This document shows positions 27,299-36,298 of a DNA stretch of 64,000 nucleotides, piece after piece. The stretch comes from Deltaproteobacteria bacterium (GTDB lineage: Bacteria; Myxococcota_A; Polyangia; Fen-1088). The notes beneath the pieces are model-generated. The model had not been told where the DNA came from. It was given only the letters and a program-made list of their open reading frames with translations, and ran no database searches. Each line of letters starts with the position of its first letter. The first letter of the stretch is position 1. Both the position numbers and the translations under genes were made by a program. The stretch lies in NCBI GenBank assembly GCA_033763315.1, contig JANRKS010000002.1, positions 480,001 to 544,000 on the forward strand, read 5' to 3'.

Positions 27299-27991
27299 TT
27301 ACTTCTTGGCGTCCTTGGCAGGCGCGGCGGCTTTGGCGTCTTTGGCCGGCGCAGCGCCCTTGGCGTCCTTGGCGGGCGCCGCAGCGGCGGCTTCAGGGGC
27401 CGCAGCGGCCGTGGCGGCTTCAGGTGTATCGCGCACGCTCATGACAGACGCAATCGCGTCTTCGGCGTGGAGCAAGGGGCGAATGCCGTCGGCAAGCTTG
27501 AGATCGCTGACGTGGACCACGTCGCCGATGTTCAAAGGAGCCACATCAACCTCGATGCGGGCTGGAATGGCGCCGGGCTTCGCGGCGATGCGGAGCTCGT
27601 GCACGCTTTGGTGAAGCGCGCCGCCCAAAACCACGCCGGCGGGCGTGCCTTTAAGAACGATGGGTACCGTCACCTTGACTTCGTCTTGCAGGTCAATGCG
27701 GATGAAGTCGACGTGCTCGATGCGGCGTGACAGCGGGTGAATCTGAGCGTCGCGGATCATGACCGTCAAAGGCGAGCCGCCTTGGCCACGCACGTTGAGC
27801 GCGAACACTGTGTTACGGCGCTTTTCCTTGTCCATCGCTTTGACCAAAGCGTTGGGGTCAATGGAAAGGGACAAGGGGGCTTCCTTGCGACCGTAAAGGA
27901 TGGCCGGCACCTGCCCCGCGCTGCGGGTGCGGCGAGCCGGGCCTTTGCCCGTTGTTGTCCTTACGTCGACGTCAATCTGTGCGAAGTCCAT
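27299..27991 (-). CDS. rplY: 50S ribosomal protein L25/Ctc
   Basis: GKGPARR.R, VPAILYG, QIHP...HVDF, GV..GG; C-terminal 3x APAKDAK repeats. Confidence 0.95.
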   Translation of the reverse strand: MDFAQIDVDVRTTTGKGPARRTRSAGQVPAILYGRKEAPLSLSIDPNALVKAMDKEKRRNTVFALNVRGQGGSPLTVMIRDAQIHPLSRRIEHVDFIRIDLQDEVKVTVPIVLKGTPAGVVLGGALHQSVHELRIAAKPGAIPARIEVDVAPLNIGDVVHVSDLKLADGIRPLLHAEDAIASVMSVRDTPEAATAAAAPEAAAAAPAKDAKGAAPAKDAKAAAPAKDAKK

Positions 27992-28030
27992 GTTCTGTTC
28001 TCGTTCTTCTGCGGCTTTGATTCGTTACAA

Positions 28031-28972
28031 CTAGATGAAAAGGGAACTGATGGAGTCCCCGGTGTGAATGCGTTTGACCGCTTCGCTAAGCAGCGGTGCG
28101 ACTGACAAGACCTTGATCTTCGTGCAGTCCAAAACTTCTTTTCGATGCGGGATGCTGTCCGTCACGATCACTTGATCAATCGGAGCCGCGGCGATGCGCT
28201 CGACGGCGGGGCCGGATAGCAGGCCGTGCGTACAGCAAGCGTGAACCGAACGAGCGCCTTGTTCTTTGATGGCGCGGGCGGCGGCGCACAGGGTGCCTGC
28301 CGTATCGATCAAGTCGTCAACGATGATGGCGTCGCGGCCTTTGACGTCACCGATGATGTTCACCACTTCGGCCACATTGGCGGCCGGGCGGCGCTTGTCG
28401 ATGATGGCCAGGCCACAGTTGAGGCGCTTTGAAAACGCGCGGGCGCGTTCCACACCACCGGCGTCGGGGGACACGATGACCGCTTGCGGGCCGAACTGCG
28501 ACTTCAAGTACTCCATCTGCACGGGCATCGCGTACAGGTGATCCACAGGAATGTTGAAGAAGCCCTGAATTTGGCCGGCGTGCAGATCCATCGCCAACAC
28601 GCGCGTGACACCCGCGGCGGTCAACACATCGGCGGCCAAGCGGGCCGAGATGGGCGTGCGGGGTTTGGTCTTGCGATCCTGGCGGGCGTATCCGAAGTAG
28701 GGGATGACGGCGTTGATCGAACCGGCCGACGCGCGGCGAAGGGCGTCGATCATAACCAGCAGTTCCATCAGGTTGTCGTTGACGGGCGTGCACGTGGGCT
28801 GAACCACGAAGCAGTTTACGCCGCGGACGTTCTCCTTGATTTCCACGTACACTTCACCGTCGGCAAAGCGCGTGACCTCGGCCCGACCCATCGGCACTTC
28901 AAGCTGCCGGCAAATCGATTCCGTCAACGCGCGGTGGGCGTTACCAGAAAAGATGGTGAGGGCTTTGAGCAA
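28031..28972 (-). CDS. prs: Ribose-phosphate pyrophosphokinase
   Basis: [45 protein letters not shown]; start TTG 28972 after GGAG. Confidence 0.97.
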   Translation of the reverse strand: MLKALTIFSGNAHRALTESICRQLEVPMGRAEVTRFADGEVYVEIKENVRGVNCFVVQPTCTPVNDNLMELLVMIDALRRASAGSINAVIPYFGYARQDRKTKPRTPISARLAADVLTAAGVTRVLAMDLHAGQIQGFFNIPVDHLYAMPVQMEYLKSQFGPQAVIVSPDAGGVERARAFSKRLNCGLAIIDKRRPAANVAEVVNIIGDVKGRDAIIVDDLIDTAGTLCAAARAIKEQGARSVHACCTHGLLSGPAVERIAAAPIDQVIVTDSIPHRKEVLDCTKIKVLSVAPLLSEAVKRIHTGDSISSLFI

Positions 28973-29154
28973 CAGGGGAACTCCGCGGTTTTGCTTGGCT
29001 GGCCACATCCGGACGCCAAGAGGCGCGAATACTGCCACTCGGGGGTATGAGTGTCAATCAGGATGCATCGCGTCTTTTGAGGGGCCTTGGCCTAGCAGGG
29101 TTTGTCAAAACGGACGCCAGGCTGTAGGAGATAGCGGCAACCCCCGCAACTCCC

Positions 29155-29940
29155 ATGCTTCCCTACTTTGAACAACCAAAATTGCACCTTGGCCCCCTGA
29201 CCATCCACGCGTTTGGCGCCCTGGTCGCCACGGGCGTCTTGGTGGGGACCGAAGTGCTTAAGCGTCGCGCCAAAACGCAGTCACTAGATGTCCTTCTGGC
29301 GGTGCGCTTCTTGACCTGGGTCCTGGTGGGCGGCTTCATCGGGGCGCATTTGATCGATCGGTTTGTCTACTTTCCCCAGGCCACGCTCGCGGATCCGCTT
29401 TCGATTGTGAAGATTTGGAATGGCCTGTCGTCATTCGGCGGCTTCGTGGGCGCCATAACAGGTGCGGTATTGTTCATCCGCAAAGGCTTTCTCGGTGACA
29501 AGACGTGGTCGTACCTTGATCTGGTGGCCTATGCGTTCCCGGTGGGCTGGGTGTTTGGCCGCACGGGTTGTTTCGTGGCGTTCGACCACCCAGGTTCGCC
29601 AACGGATTTCTTCTTGGGCCAGGCCGAAGGTCCGGGGCTGCCGCCGATTCACAACCTGGGTTTGGAAGAGGCCATTTACACCCTGGTGCTCATCGCCGCG
29701 ATGTTCATTACGGGACGCCAACACCGCTTTCCGGGCTTTTTCGTCGGCTTGTTGGCGGTGCTTTACGCGCCCGTGCGCTTCGCCTTGGACTTCATGCGCA
29801 AGGTTGACGTGCGCTATGGAGGTTTGACGCCCGGCCAGTGGGGCTCGATCATTTTGCTGTTTGTGGGCCTGTACATTTGGATGCGTCAGTCCCGCAAGGC
29901 TGGCACCGCCGCGGTGGCCGCCAAACCGGCGCGCGCTTAG
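29155..29940 (+). CDS. lgt: Prolipoprotein diacylglyceryl transferase family protein
   Basis: GPLTIHAFG, GLSSFGG, GRTGCF, HNLGLEE, Y...RF..DF.R, TPGQW. Confidence 0.85.
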   Translation: MLPYFEQPKLHLGPLTIHAFGALVATGVLVGTEVLKRRAKTQSLDVLLAVRFLTWVLVGGFIGAHLIDRFVYFPQATLADPLSIVKIWNGLSSFGGFVGAITGAVLFIRKGFLGDKTWSYLDLVAYAFPVGWVFGRTGCFVAFDHPGSPTDFFLGQAEGPGLPPIHNLGLEEAIYTLVLIAAMFITGRQHRFPGFFVGLLAVLYAPVRFALDFMRKVDVRYGGLTPGQWGSIILLFVGLYIWMRQSRKAGTAAVAAKPARA

Positions 29941-31094
29941 CGAAAGCTGTCGTGGTACGCGGTGTCCTCCACGCCAACCGCCGTGGTGGTGGCCTGCAGT
30001 GGTTTGAACGTATCCAACATCACGGCAAGCTCAGTTGTTTCTTTGCTGCCAACGCTGCCTTCATAGGCGCCGGGGTGGGGGCCATGCGGAATGCCGGCGG
30101 GGTGGTGCGACAAGCTGCCCGCGCCCACGCCCTTGCGTGAAGTGAAATTACCGTCGCAATAAAACAGCACCTCATCGCAATCCACGGACGAGTGCGGGTA
30201 GGGGCACGGGATCGCCTGCGGGTGAAAGTCGAGCGGGCGCGGCACGAAGCTGCACACCAAGGCGCCGCGTGTGGCGAAAGTGCCATGCCACGTGGGTGGC
30301 AAATGCACGAGGCCCACGCGGGGTTGGAAAGCGCGAATGGGAAACACGAAGGGATAAACGCTGCCATCCCAGCCAACCACGTCCAGGGGCGATTCATCGT
30401 AGGCGAACGCATCGAAGCGGCCTTGGCGCTTGACCACGATGTCGCGCAAGCCTTCGTCACGTGGCCCCTCAAACGCGGGCCCACGGAAATCGCGGTGGCA
30501 AAACGGCGCGTCCATGCGCAGTTGCCCGTGTTCGTTGCGCCACTGCTTCGGCAGATGCAGCCCACCCGCGCATTCAATGCCAAGCCAATGCTGGTCGATG
30601 CCTTTGTCAGGGATAAACCGGTGGATAAGGCCTCGCGGCACGGCGACGTAATCGCCTGCAGAGAACGCCACATCGCCCAGCACCGTTCGCAATAAACCGC
30701 TGCCCTTCAAGATGAAAAAAAGATCATCGCCGTCCCCGTTGGCGAAATAGGCTGGGTCTGGCTTGTTGGGAAACAGCGTGGCGATGGCGACGTCGTCGTT
30801 GAACAACAACACGTGGCGGCCGTTCAGGACCGCGCCTTGCCGATCGGTGAGCCCCTGGGTTTTGTAGTGCCGCCGACGTAGGGGCCGCGGCGGTGCTGGC
30901 GTGGCCGGTGCCGAGCCCAAGCGCGCGTCTGTGGGCCGCGCGGTGTGAGGGGCACGCTGGTGATACATGATGGTGTACGGCCCATCGAAGCCTTCGCGTG
31001 TGAGGCACTCTTCGTACATCAGGGCGCCACCGTCGCCGCGCAAGGCTGTGTGGTGTTTGGGCGGCAAAAGCCCATGGGCGCGTCGTTCGATCAT
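29937..31094 (-). CDS. hmgA: Homogentisate 1,2-dioxygenase
   Basis: PPKHH, NGDGD, DVVGWDG, HLPP, CSFVPR, PYPH..VD.DE, HGPHPG, AVMLDT. Confidence 0.92.
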   Translation of the reverse strand: MIERRAHGLLPPKHHTALRGDGGALMYEECLTREGFDGPYTIMYHQRAPHTARPTDARLGSAPATPAPPRPLRRRHYKTQGLTDRQGAVLNGRHVLLFNDDVAIATLFPNKPDPAYFANGDGDDLFFILKGSGLLRTVLGDVAFSAGDYVAVPRGLIHRFIPDKGIDQHWLGIECAGGLHLPKQWRNEHGQLRMDAPFCHRDFRGPAFEGPRDEGLRDIVVKRQGRFDAFAYDESPLDVVGWDGSVYPFVFPIRAFQPRVGLVHLPPTWHGTFATRGALVCSFVPRPLDFHPQAIPCPYPHSSVDCDEVLFYCDGNFTSRKGVGAGSLSHHPAGIPHGPHPGAYEGSVGSKETTELAVMLDTFKPLQATTTAVGVEDTAYHDSFR

Positions 31095-31098
31095 GAGC

Positions 31099-32265
31099 TT
31101 AGGATATCCGACGCGACAGTTTTTGTTCGCGTTCAATGCTTTCAAACAGCGCACGGAAGTTGCCTGCCCCGAACCCGCGTGAGCCCTTACGTGAAATGAT
31201 CTCGAAGAAAAAGGGGCCTGCTGCGGGGTCATGGTGGAACGCAGCCGCCTCTTTCAAGAAGATTTGCAACAGATATTGTTTCGGGCCCTCTCCGTCCACC
31301 AAGATCTCAAGCGCGCGCAAAGTGGCGATGTCTTCATCGATGGTGCCCACGCCAAGCTTCACCAGACGCTCGGGGAGCGCGTCGAAGTATGTGCCGGGCG
31401 TGGGCATAAATTCCACGCCACGGGCGCGCAGGCCTGCCACCGTCTCGATGATGTTGCCCACGCTGAGCGCCGCGTGTTGCACACCATCACCGCGGTGATC
31501 TTCGGCAAACACGTTGATCTGCGAATTCTTGAACTGCGGCCGCAAGGGTTCGTTGCACGCGAACTTCAATCCCGAATCTGGATCCCACATCACCACCGAT
31601 TTGAGGCCCGATCCCGCTTGGCCGTGTTTGGCGACATCGTCAGTGTGAAACTTCACTTCCCAAAACGGCTCCCATCCCATCACATGCTGCATCCACAACA
31701 ACGCGGGCGACATGGTTTGGAAGTTGCTGGTGACATGATCGATCGCGCCAAACCCAAACGCGTTGTGGCCCCCCTCGGGCTGGCTTGCCCGCTCGAAGCC
31801 AGGGAACAGCGCTTGATAGCCATCACGTTGCACGAAGCGAAAGGTGGTGTCACCGAACGGTGTGGTGATCGAGAACATGGCCAGCGTTCCGTGATCGTCA
31901 ACAAACCGTTCGATGTCAGAGATGATCGTGCCGCCGCGCTTCTCCAGCAACGCAAAGGTGTGGCGGATGTCCTGCACCGCGAAGGTTAAGGTGCCCACGC
32001 CCTCGGGGTGCTTGCGCAGGTAGCGCCATGCGCGGCCGCCATCGCCTACCGGCGCGCACACGACCAACACCGCCGTGCCGGCCTCGAATACGGCGGCTTG
32101 TTGCTTGCCGCGCGCCACAAGGTCAGCCGAGGCGCGGCCCGTCTCGGCGAAATCCAAGCGGTCGCGCAAGAAGGTTCTCACCCGCGCCAACTCATGCACA
32201 TAGTACGTCAGCGCTTCCAGCCGAAGAATGCCCAACGATTCCCTAGCGGACCCGTGTTCGCTCAT
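31099..32265 (-). CDS. hppD: 4-hydroxyphenylpyruvate dioxygenase
   Basis: IDHVTSN, SQI..F...H.GDGVQH, LLQIF, FFFEII.RKG..GFGAGNF.ALFESIE. Confidence 0.94.
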   Translation of the reverse strand: MSEHGSARESLGILRLEALTYYVHELARVRTFLRDRLDFAETGRASADLVARGKQQAAVFEAGTAVLVVCAPVGDGGRAWRYLRKHPEGVGTLTFAVQDIRHTFALLEKRGGTIISDIERFVDDHGTLAMFSITTPFGDTTFRFVQRDGYQALFPGFERASQPEGGHNAFGFGAIDHVTSNFQTMSPALLWMQHVMGWEPFWEVKFHTDDVAKHGQAGSGLKSVVMWDPDSGLKFACNEPLRPQFKNSQINVFAEDHRGDGVQHAALSVGNIIETVAGLRARGVEFMPTPGTYFDALPERLVKLGVGTIDEDIATLRALEILVDGEGPKQYLLQIFLKEAAAFHHDPAAGPFFFEIISRKGSRGFGAGNFRALFESIEREQKLSRRIS

Positions 32266-32394
32266 GGCGAAATTAAGTATACCTCGGCCCGCGCCAGCGA
32301 GCTTGTGGGTGGCCGCCCACAGCGCGCGCGGCGGCAAGGCCGTGATACTTTTACGGCCTTGTCTGGCCCGGGTAACATACTCAAACGCAGACCG

Positions 32395-34170
32395 ATGCTC
32401 GCACTGTTCGGGCTTGCGCTGTGTATGCGCTTGCTGTGGGTCGCCTTTCTGCTCAGCAAGCATCCGGCCTTGGTGAAGTACCCCGCCGTGGATGGCGCCT
32501 TTTATCATCAGTGGGCGCAAGAGATTCTCAGCAACACGGGCGCCGCCCATCAAGCCTTCTTTGCGCACCCGCTCTACCCACACGTGATGGCGGCTCTCTA
32601 TAAGGTGTTCGCGGTTGATCCTTTGGTCGTGATCTTGTTTCAGTGTGTGCTTGGTTCCGTTGGTTGCCTGCTGATGGTGACGCTGGTGCGTTTGTTGTTC
32701 AGCGAGGCAGCCGCCTGGTGGGCAGGTGGGCTGTTGGCGGTGTTTTGGCCTGCGGTTGCCAATGCGGGTCTGCTTGAGTCGGTGGAGGTGGGGAACTTTT
32801 GCTTGCTTGCAGCGTTGCTCGCGTGGACTTGGACCTTAAAAAGCAAGCGTGTGTGGAGCACAGCGATGCTGGCGGGTGCTTTCTTGGGACTGGCGGCGCT
32901 GTGCCGAGGCAACTTGTTGTTGCTTGCGCCCGCTTTTGCGTTTGCGGGCTTAGCCAAGGGCGTGGGGCGTGGCAGTGCGATGGTGCTGTGCCTTTGCGCA
33001 GGGCTCGCGTTGCCGTTGGCCGCTGTGGGCGTGCGCAACCGCGTGGTCACCGGACAATGGATGTTTCTCACGGGGCATTCGGGCGTGGCCTTGTATTCTG
33101 GTTTTACGCCCGGCAACACCACGGGCACCTACCAACCGCCGGCGTTTGTTCGGCCAGAGCCGCGGTATGAGCAACAAGATTTTCACACGGAAGCCGAGCG
33201 GCGAATCGGCCACGCGTTGACGGCCGCAGATTCGTCGCGGTACTGGCGGCAGCAGGCCTGGGCAACAATCGTCGCACAGCCTGGCACCGCCGCGCGCGCC
33301 GCCGTGAATAAACTTGGTTTGACCTTGGCCGCCTACGAAGTTGCCGACAACTACAGCCTGCCCTACTTGCAAAGCCTCTTGCTACCCGCGTGGTTTCCGT
33401 TGCCGGGATTTGGGTTGCTGTTGGTGGCCGCCGTGATTGGTATGGGCGCGGCCTGGCACCGACGCACGGAACTCGCATGGGTTTATGCCGGTGTGCTGTT
33501 CTATGTGGGCACGCTGCTGCTGTTTTTTGTGTCATCACGCATGCGGGCCCCGCTTTGGATCTTGTTGCTGCCCTTTGCGGGCGCGGGCGTCGTGTATGCG
33601 CGCGAATGCTGGGCAGACTTACCTTGGCGTGGCCTTGTCATGCGCTTTGCCCCGGCGCTCGGTTTGCTTTGTGTTGTGCAAGGCATGGCCCCCGCAAGCA
33701 TGCGAAGCAGAGACCGAAGCCAGGCTTTGGCCATGCATGGAATCTCGCTTGAACGCGCGGGCAGGTTCGTAGAGGCGCTGGATCGTGAGGAGCGGGCGCT
33801 GCGCTTGGATGGCGGCAATGCGTTCTTGCTGGTGAATGCCGGGCAACTGCGTCTTCGCCTCAATGATGTGGCAGCCGGCCAGCGTTTGTGTGCACGGGCG
33901 TTGGCGTTGCGAGGCAATTCGGCGCCGGCGCATGCCTGTCTTGGTGTGGCCGAGGCACGGCAAGGCAATTTGGAGCAAGCGCGTGCGCATCTGCTGCAAG
34001 CGGCGGCGTTGGACAGCAAGGACATTTCAACAAAGCTGAATCTGGCCATTGTGCGCGGCCGCTCTGGTGAGGAGAAAGAAGCTCAAGCGCTGCTGGACGA
34101 GCTTGCACAAGAGGCACCGAACGACCCTGCTGTGCAAAGCGTGCTGCGCGCGTTGCGGGCGGGGCGATAG
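32395..34170 (+). CDS. GT-C (PMT/GT39-like) membrane glycosyltransferase with C-terminal TPRs
   Basis: D..FYHQWA, PLYP, multiple TM helices, RGN, large periplasmic loop, RMR, TPR repeats; start ATG 32395. Confidence 0.8.
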   Translation: MLALFGLALCMRLLWVAFLLSKHPALVKYPAVDGAFYHQWAQEILSNTGAAHQAFFAHPLYPHVMAALYKVFAVDPLVVILFQCVLGSVGCLLMVTLVRLLFSEAAAWWAGGLLAVFWPAVANAGLLESVEVGNFCLLAALLAWTWTLKSKRVWSTAMLAGAFLGLAALCRGNLLLLAPAFAFAGLAKGVGRGSAMVLCLCAGLALPLAAVGVRNRVVTGQWMFLTGHSGVALYSGFTPGNTTGTYQPPAFVRPEPRYEQQDFHTEAERRIGHALTAADSSRYWRQQAWATIVAQPGTAARAAVNKLGLTLAAYEVADNYSLPYLQSLLLPAWFPLPGFGLLLVAAVIGMGAAWHRRTELAWVYAGVLFYVGTLLLFFVSSRMRAPLWILLLPFAGAGVVYARECWADLPWRGLVMRFAPALGLLCVVQGMAPASMRSRDRSQALAMHGISLERAGRFVEALDREERALRLDGGNAFLLVNAGQLRLRLNDVAAGQRLCARALALRGNSAPAHACLGVAEARQGNLEQARAHLLQAAALDSKDISTKLNLAIVRGRSGEEKEAQALLDELAQEAPNDPAVQSVLRALRAGR

Positions 34171-34178
34171 CGTTTTTT

Positions 34179-34961
34179 TTACAGCGGACGAAAACTCCAA
34201 GCGGAGTTGGGTACGGGCCTCACGTTATAGACCTCTTGCACGAGCGATTCAGTTAATACGCTGGCTGTTGATCCATGCGCCACAACGCTGCCGTGTGACA
34301 GCACAGCCACCTGGCTCGCCACGCTTTGCACCTCCGCCAGCGGATGCAGCACCACCAGCACCGCTTGCCCTTGCTGTGCCAGGCGTGACAGCAAAGCCAA
34401 CAACGAAAGCACGTGTTCGATGTCCAGCCCCGCCGTGGGTTCATCCAGCAGCAGCAGCGGCGCCTGGGTGGCAAGCCCACGCGCAATGAGCACGCGATGC
34501 TTTTCTCCGTGTGAAAGGGCGTTAAACGGGCGCCGCAGCAGGTGTGCGACGTCAGCGGCTTGTACGGCCTGCTCGATGGCGACTCTGTCACTCGACGCAA
34601 GCGCGCCCAGGCTCGACGTATGAGACATACGCCCCTGCGCCACCACGTCGTAAACGGGCAGCGGTGCATCCAACGCCGACTGCTGGGGCACATAGGCGAC
34701 GAGGCGTGCGCGCTCGCGGCGATCGAGCGCATGCAGCGCCTGGCCCTGCACGAACACTTGCCCCTGGCAGGGCAGCAAGCCGGCCAGCGCTTTGAGCAAC
34801 GTGGTTTTGCCCGAGCCATTGGGGCCGATCAGGGCGACAACATCATGAGCGCGAACCGTGAGATCCACGCCCATGACAACGTCGCGCAGGCCACGCGCCA
34901 CAGTCACGCCTTGGGCCTGCAAGGCGGGCTGTGGCGGTGCGGAAGGGGTGCCTAGTACCAT
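34179..34961 (-). CDS. ABC transporter ATP-binding protein, cobalamin/iron-chelate type (BtuD-like)
   Basis: GPNGSGKT, YVPQ, LSHGE, LLLDEPT, VLH. Confidence 0.9.
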   Translation of the reverse strand: MVLGTPSAPPQPALQAQGVTVARGLRDVVMGVDLTVRAHDVVALIGPNGSGKTTLLKALAGLLPCQGQVFVQGQALHALDRRERARLVAYVPQQSALDAPLPVYDVVAQGRMSHTSSLGALASSDRVAIEQAVQAADVAHLLRRPFNALSHGEKHRVLIARGLATQAPLLLLDEPTAGLDIEHVLSLLALLSRLAQQGQAVLVVLHPLAEVQSVASQVAVLSHGSVVAHGSTASVLTESLVQEVYNVRPVPNSAWSFRPL

Positions 34962-36289
34962 GCGATGTGACGAACGGGCAGGGCTTTGGTAGCACCAACC
35001 GTCAAAGCTGGAGCTTGGGTTAAAGCGGGCGCGGCCGAGGTGTCAAACACGCGCACCTGAGGCGCTGAGTTCTTCACTTGTGCGTCCGCGACATAGAGCC
35101 TCGGCAGGGTGGGGTGCACCAACATCGTGCCGAGCGAGAACGCTTCGGAGGCGGTAAACTTGGACGCTGGTGCTTCACCCGCGAAAGTGCCCGTCCACAG
35201 TTGATCGGGGGGCGTGCCGGAGAAGTCACCGTTGGTGACCACGAAATAACGATCGTTGTTTGCGGCCAGGGAGTAAAGCGACAAGGTGCGACCGAACTTA
35301 GCCGAGGCCACTTTGGTCACAGCCTTGGTGGAGAGGTTCACCAACATCACCCCCGCGGCGTCGATCTGTTTGTCACCCGCGGCAAAGATCCCGCCGCACG
35401 CGATTGCCAAGGTGTTGCCGCTTGCCAGCTGCATCTCGCTGCAGTTGTTAACGCCTGGCAGATCGATAAACCCTTCGACGCCGTTTGTGGCCTGATCGAT
35501 GATCACGACACGCCCTTGGCCCGCGGCCTGGTAATTTGCGCTGAGGTTGTTGAGGCTGACATACACTTTGCCGCCGGCCGCCACCATGCGATCGGGACGC
35601 GGCAAAATCGGCAACGGCTTATCCGCCGGCACGGCCCACGGGGTCATCGTGATCGATCCGGTGAGCGCTCCCGTGATGGGGTTGATGATCAACACGTCGT
35701 TGCCATCATCGTAATCGCCGGGCGCCGGTGTGGGTGTGGGGTTGGGGTTGTAGCGTGTGACGTAAGCGCGGTCAGGGGCCACCCACAACAAATCATACGG
35801 ATTGCCGTCGAAGTTAGTTGAAACTTTGATCTGCCGCTTCACATCGCACGTGGCGGGATCCAAAAATGTGATGGCCGCATTCTTGCGATCGATCAGCGCA
35901 ACCTCACCTGAGGGGACTGGCATAGAGGGCAACACCACGTCGCCCGTCAGCGCCGCCGTCAGTTTCGGTGACGTGACGCCCGAGTTGATACAGTCGTCTA
36001 AACGCTTGGTGCCGTCGAGGCTGGTGAGCGACACACTGGCGCTTTGGTAGTCGCTGTGAACCACCACTAAGCCGCGTGGCTCGAAGATGACAACAGGGGC
36101 CGCGTCTGCAGCTTCTCCGTCACGAAGCGCACCCGCATCGGTGGCCCCAGCGTCGCCCGCAACAGCGGTGTCGCTTGTGGAGGGCGCAGCGTCGGCAACC
36201 GATGCGTCAGGCGAGGTTTCTTCAACTTCATCGCCACACGCGGCGACGAGCGTTAGCATCAAACACAAAGATCGAATTCGAACTGACAT
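34952..36289 (-). CDS. Lipoprotein with YncE-like beta-propeller (probable B12-capturing surface protein)
   Basis: Lipobox VAA-C, D/A-rich linker, repeated beta-blades (NPYD...AYVTRY); lies between the TonB receptor and the ABC ATPase under the B12 riboswitch. Confidence 0.7.
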   Translation of the reverse strand: MSVRIRSLCLMLTLVAACGDEVEETSPDASVADAAPSTSDTAVAGDAGATDAGALRDGEAADAAPVVIFEPRGLVVVHSDYQSASVSLTSLDGTKRLDDCINSGVTSPKLTAALTGDVVLPSMPVPSGEVALIDRKNAAITFLDPATCDVKRQIKVSTNFDGNPYDLLWVAPDRAYVTRYNPNPTPTPAPGDYDDGNDVLIINPITGALTGSITMTPWAVPADKPLPILPRPDRMVAAGGKVYVSLNNLSANYQAAGQGRVVIIDQATNGVEGFIDLPGVNNCSEMQLASGNTLAIACGGIFAAGDKQIDAAGVMLVNLSTKAVTKVASAKFGRTLSLYSLAANNDRYFVVTNGDFSGTPPDQLWTGTFAGEAPASKFTASEAFSLGTMLVHPTLPRLYVADAQVKNSAPQVRVFDTSAAPALTQAPALTVGATKALPVRHIAWY

Positions 36290-36298
36290 CAAAGCTCC

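Noticed and set aside
27305-27385. 27-nt tandem repeats as a CRISPR-like array
   Set aside because: In-frame coding repeats (APAKDAK) of L25; no spacers or cas genes.
28975-29150. tRNA-Gln/spoVG often found upstream of prs
   Set aside because: No cloverleaf, T-loop or spoVG ORF is visible.
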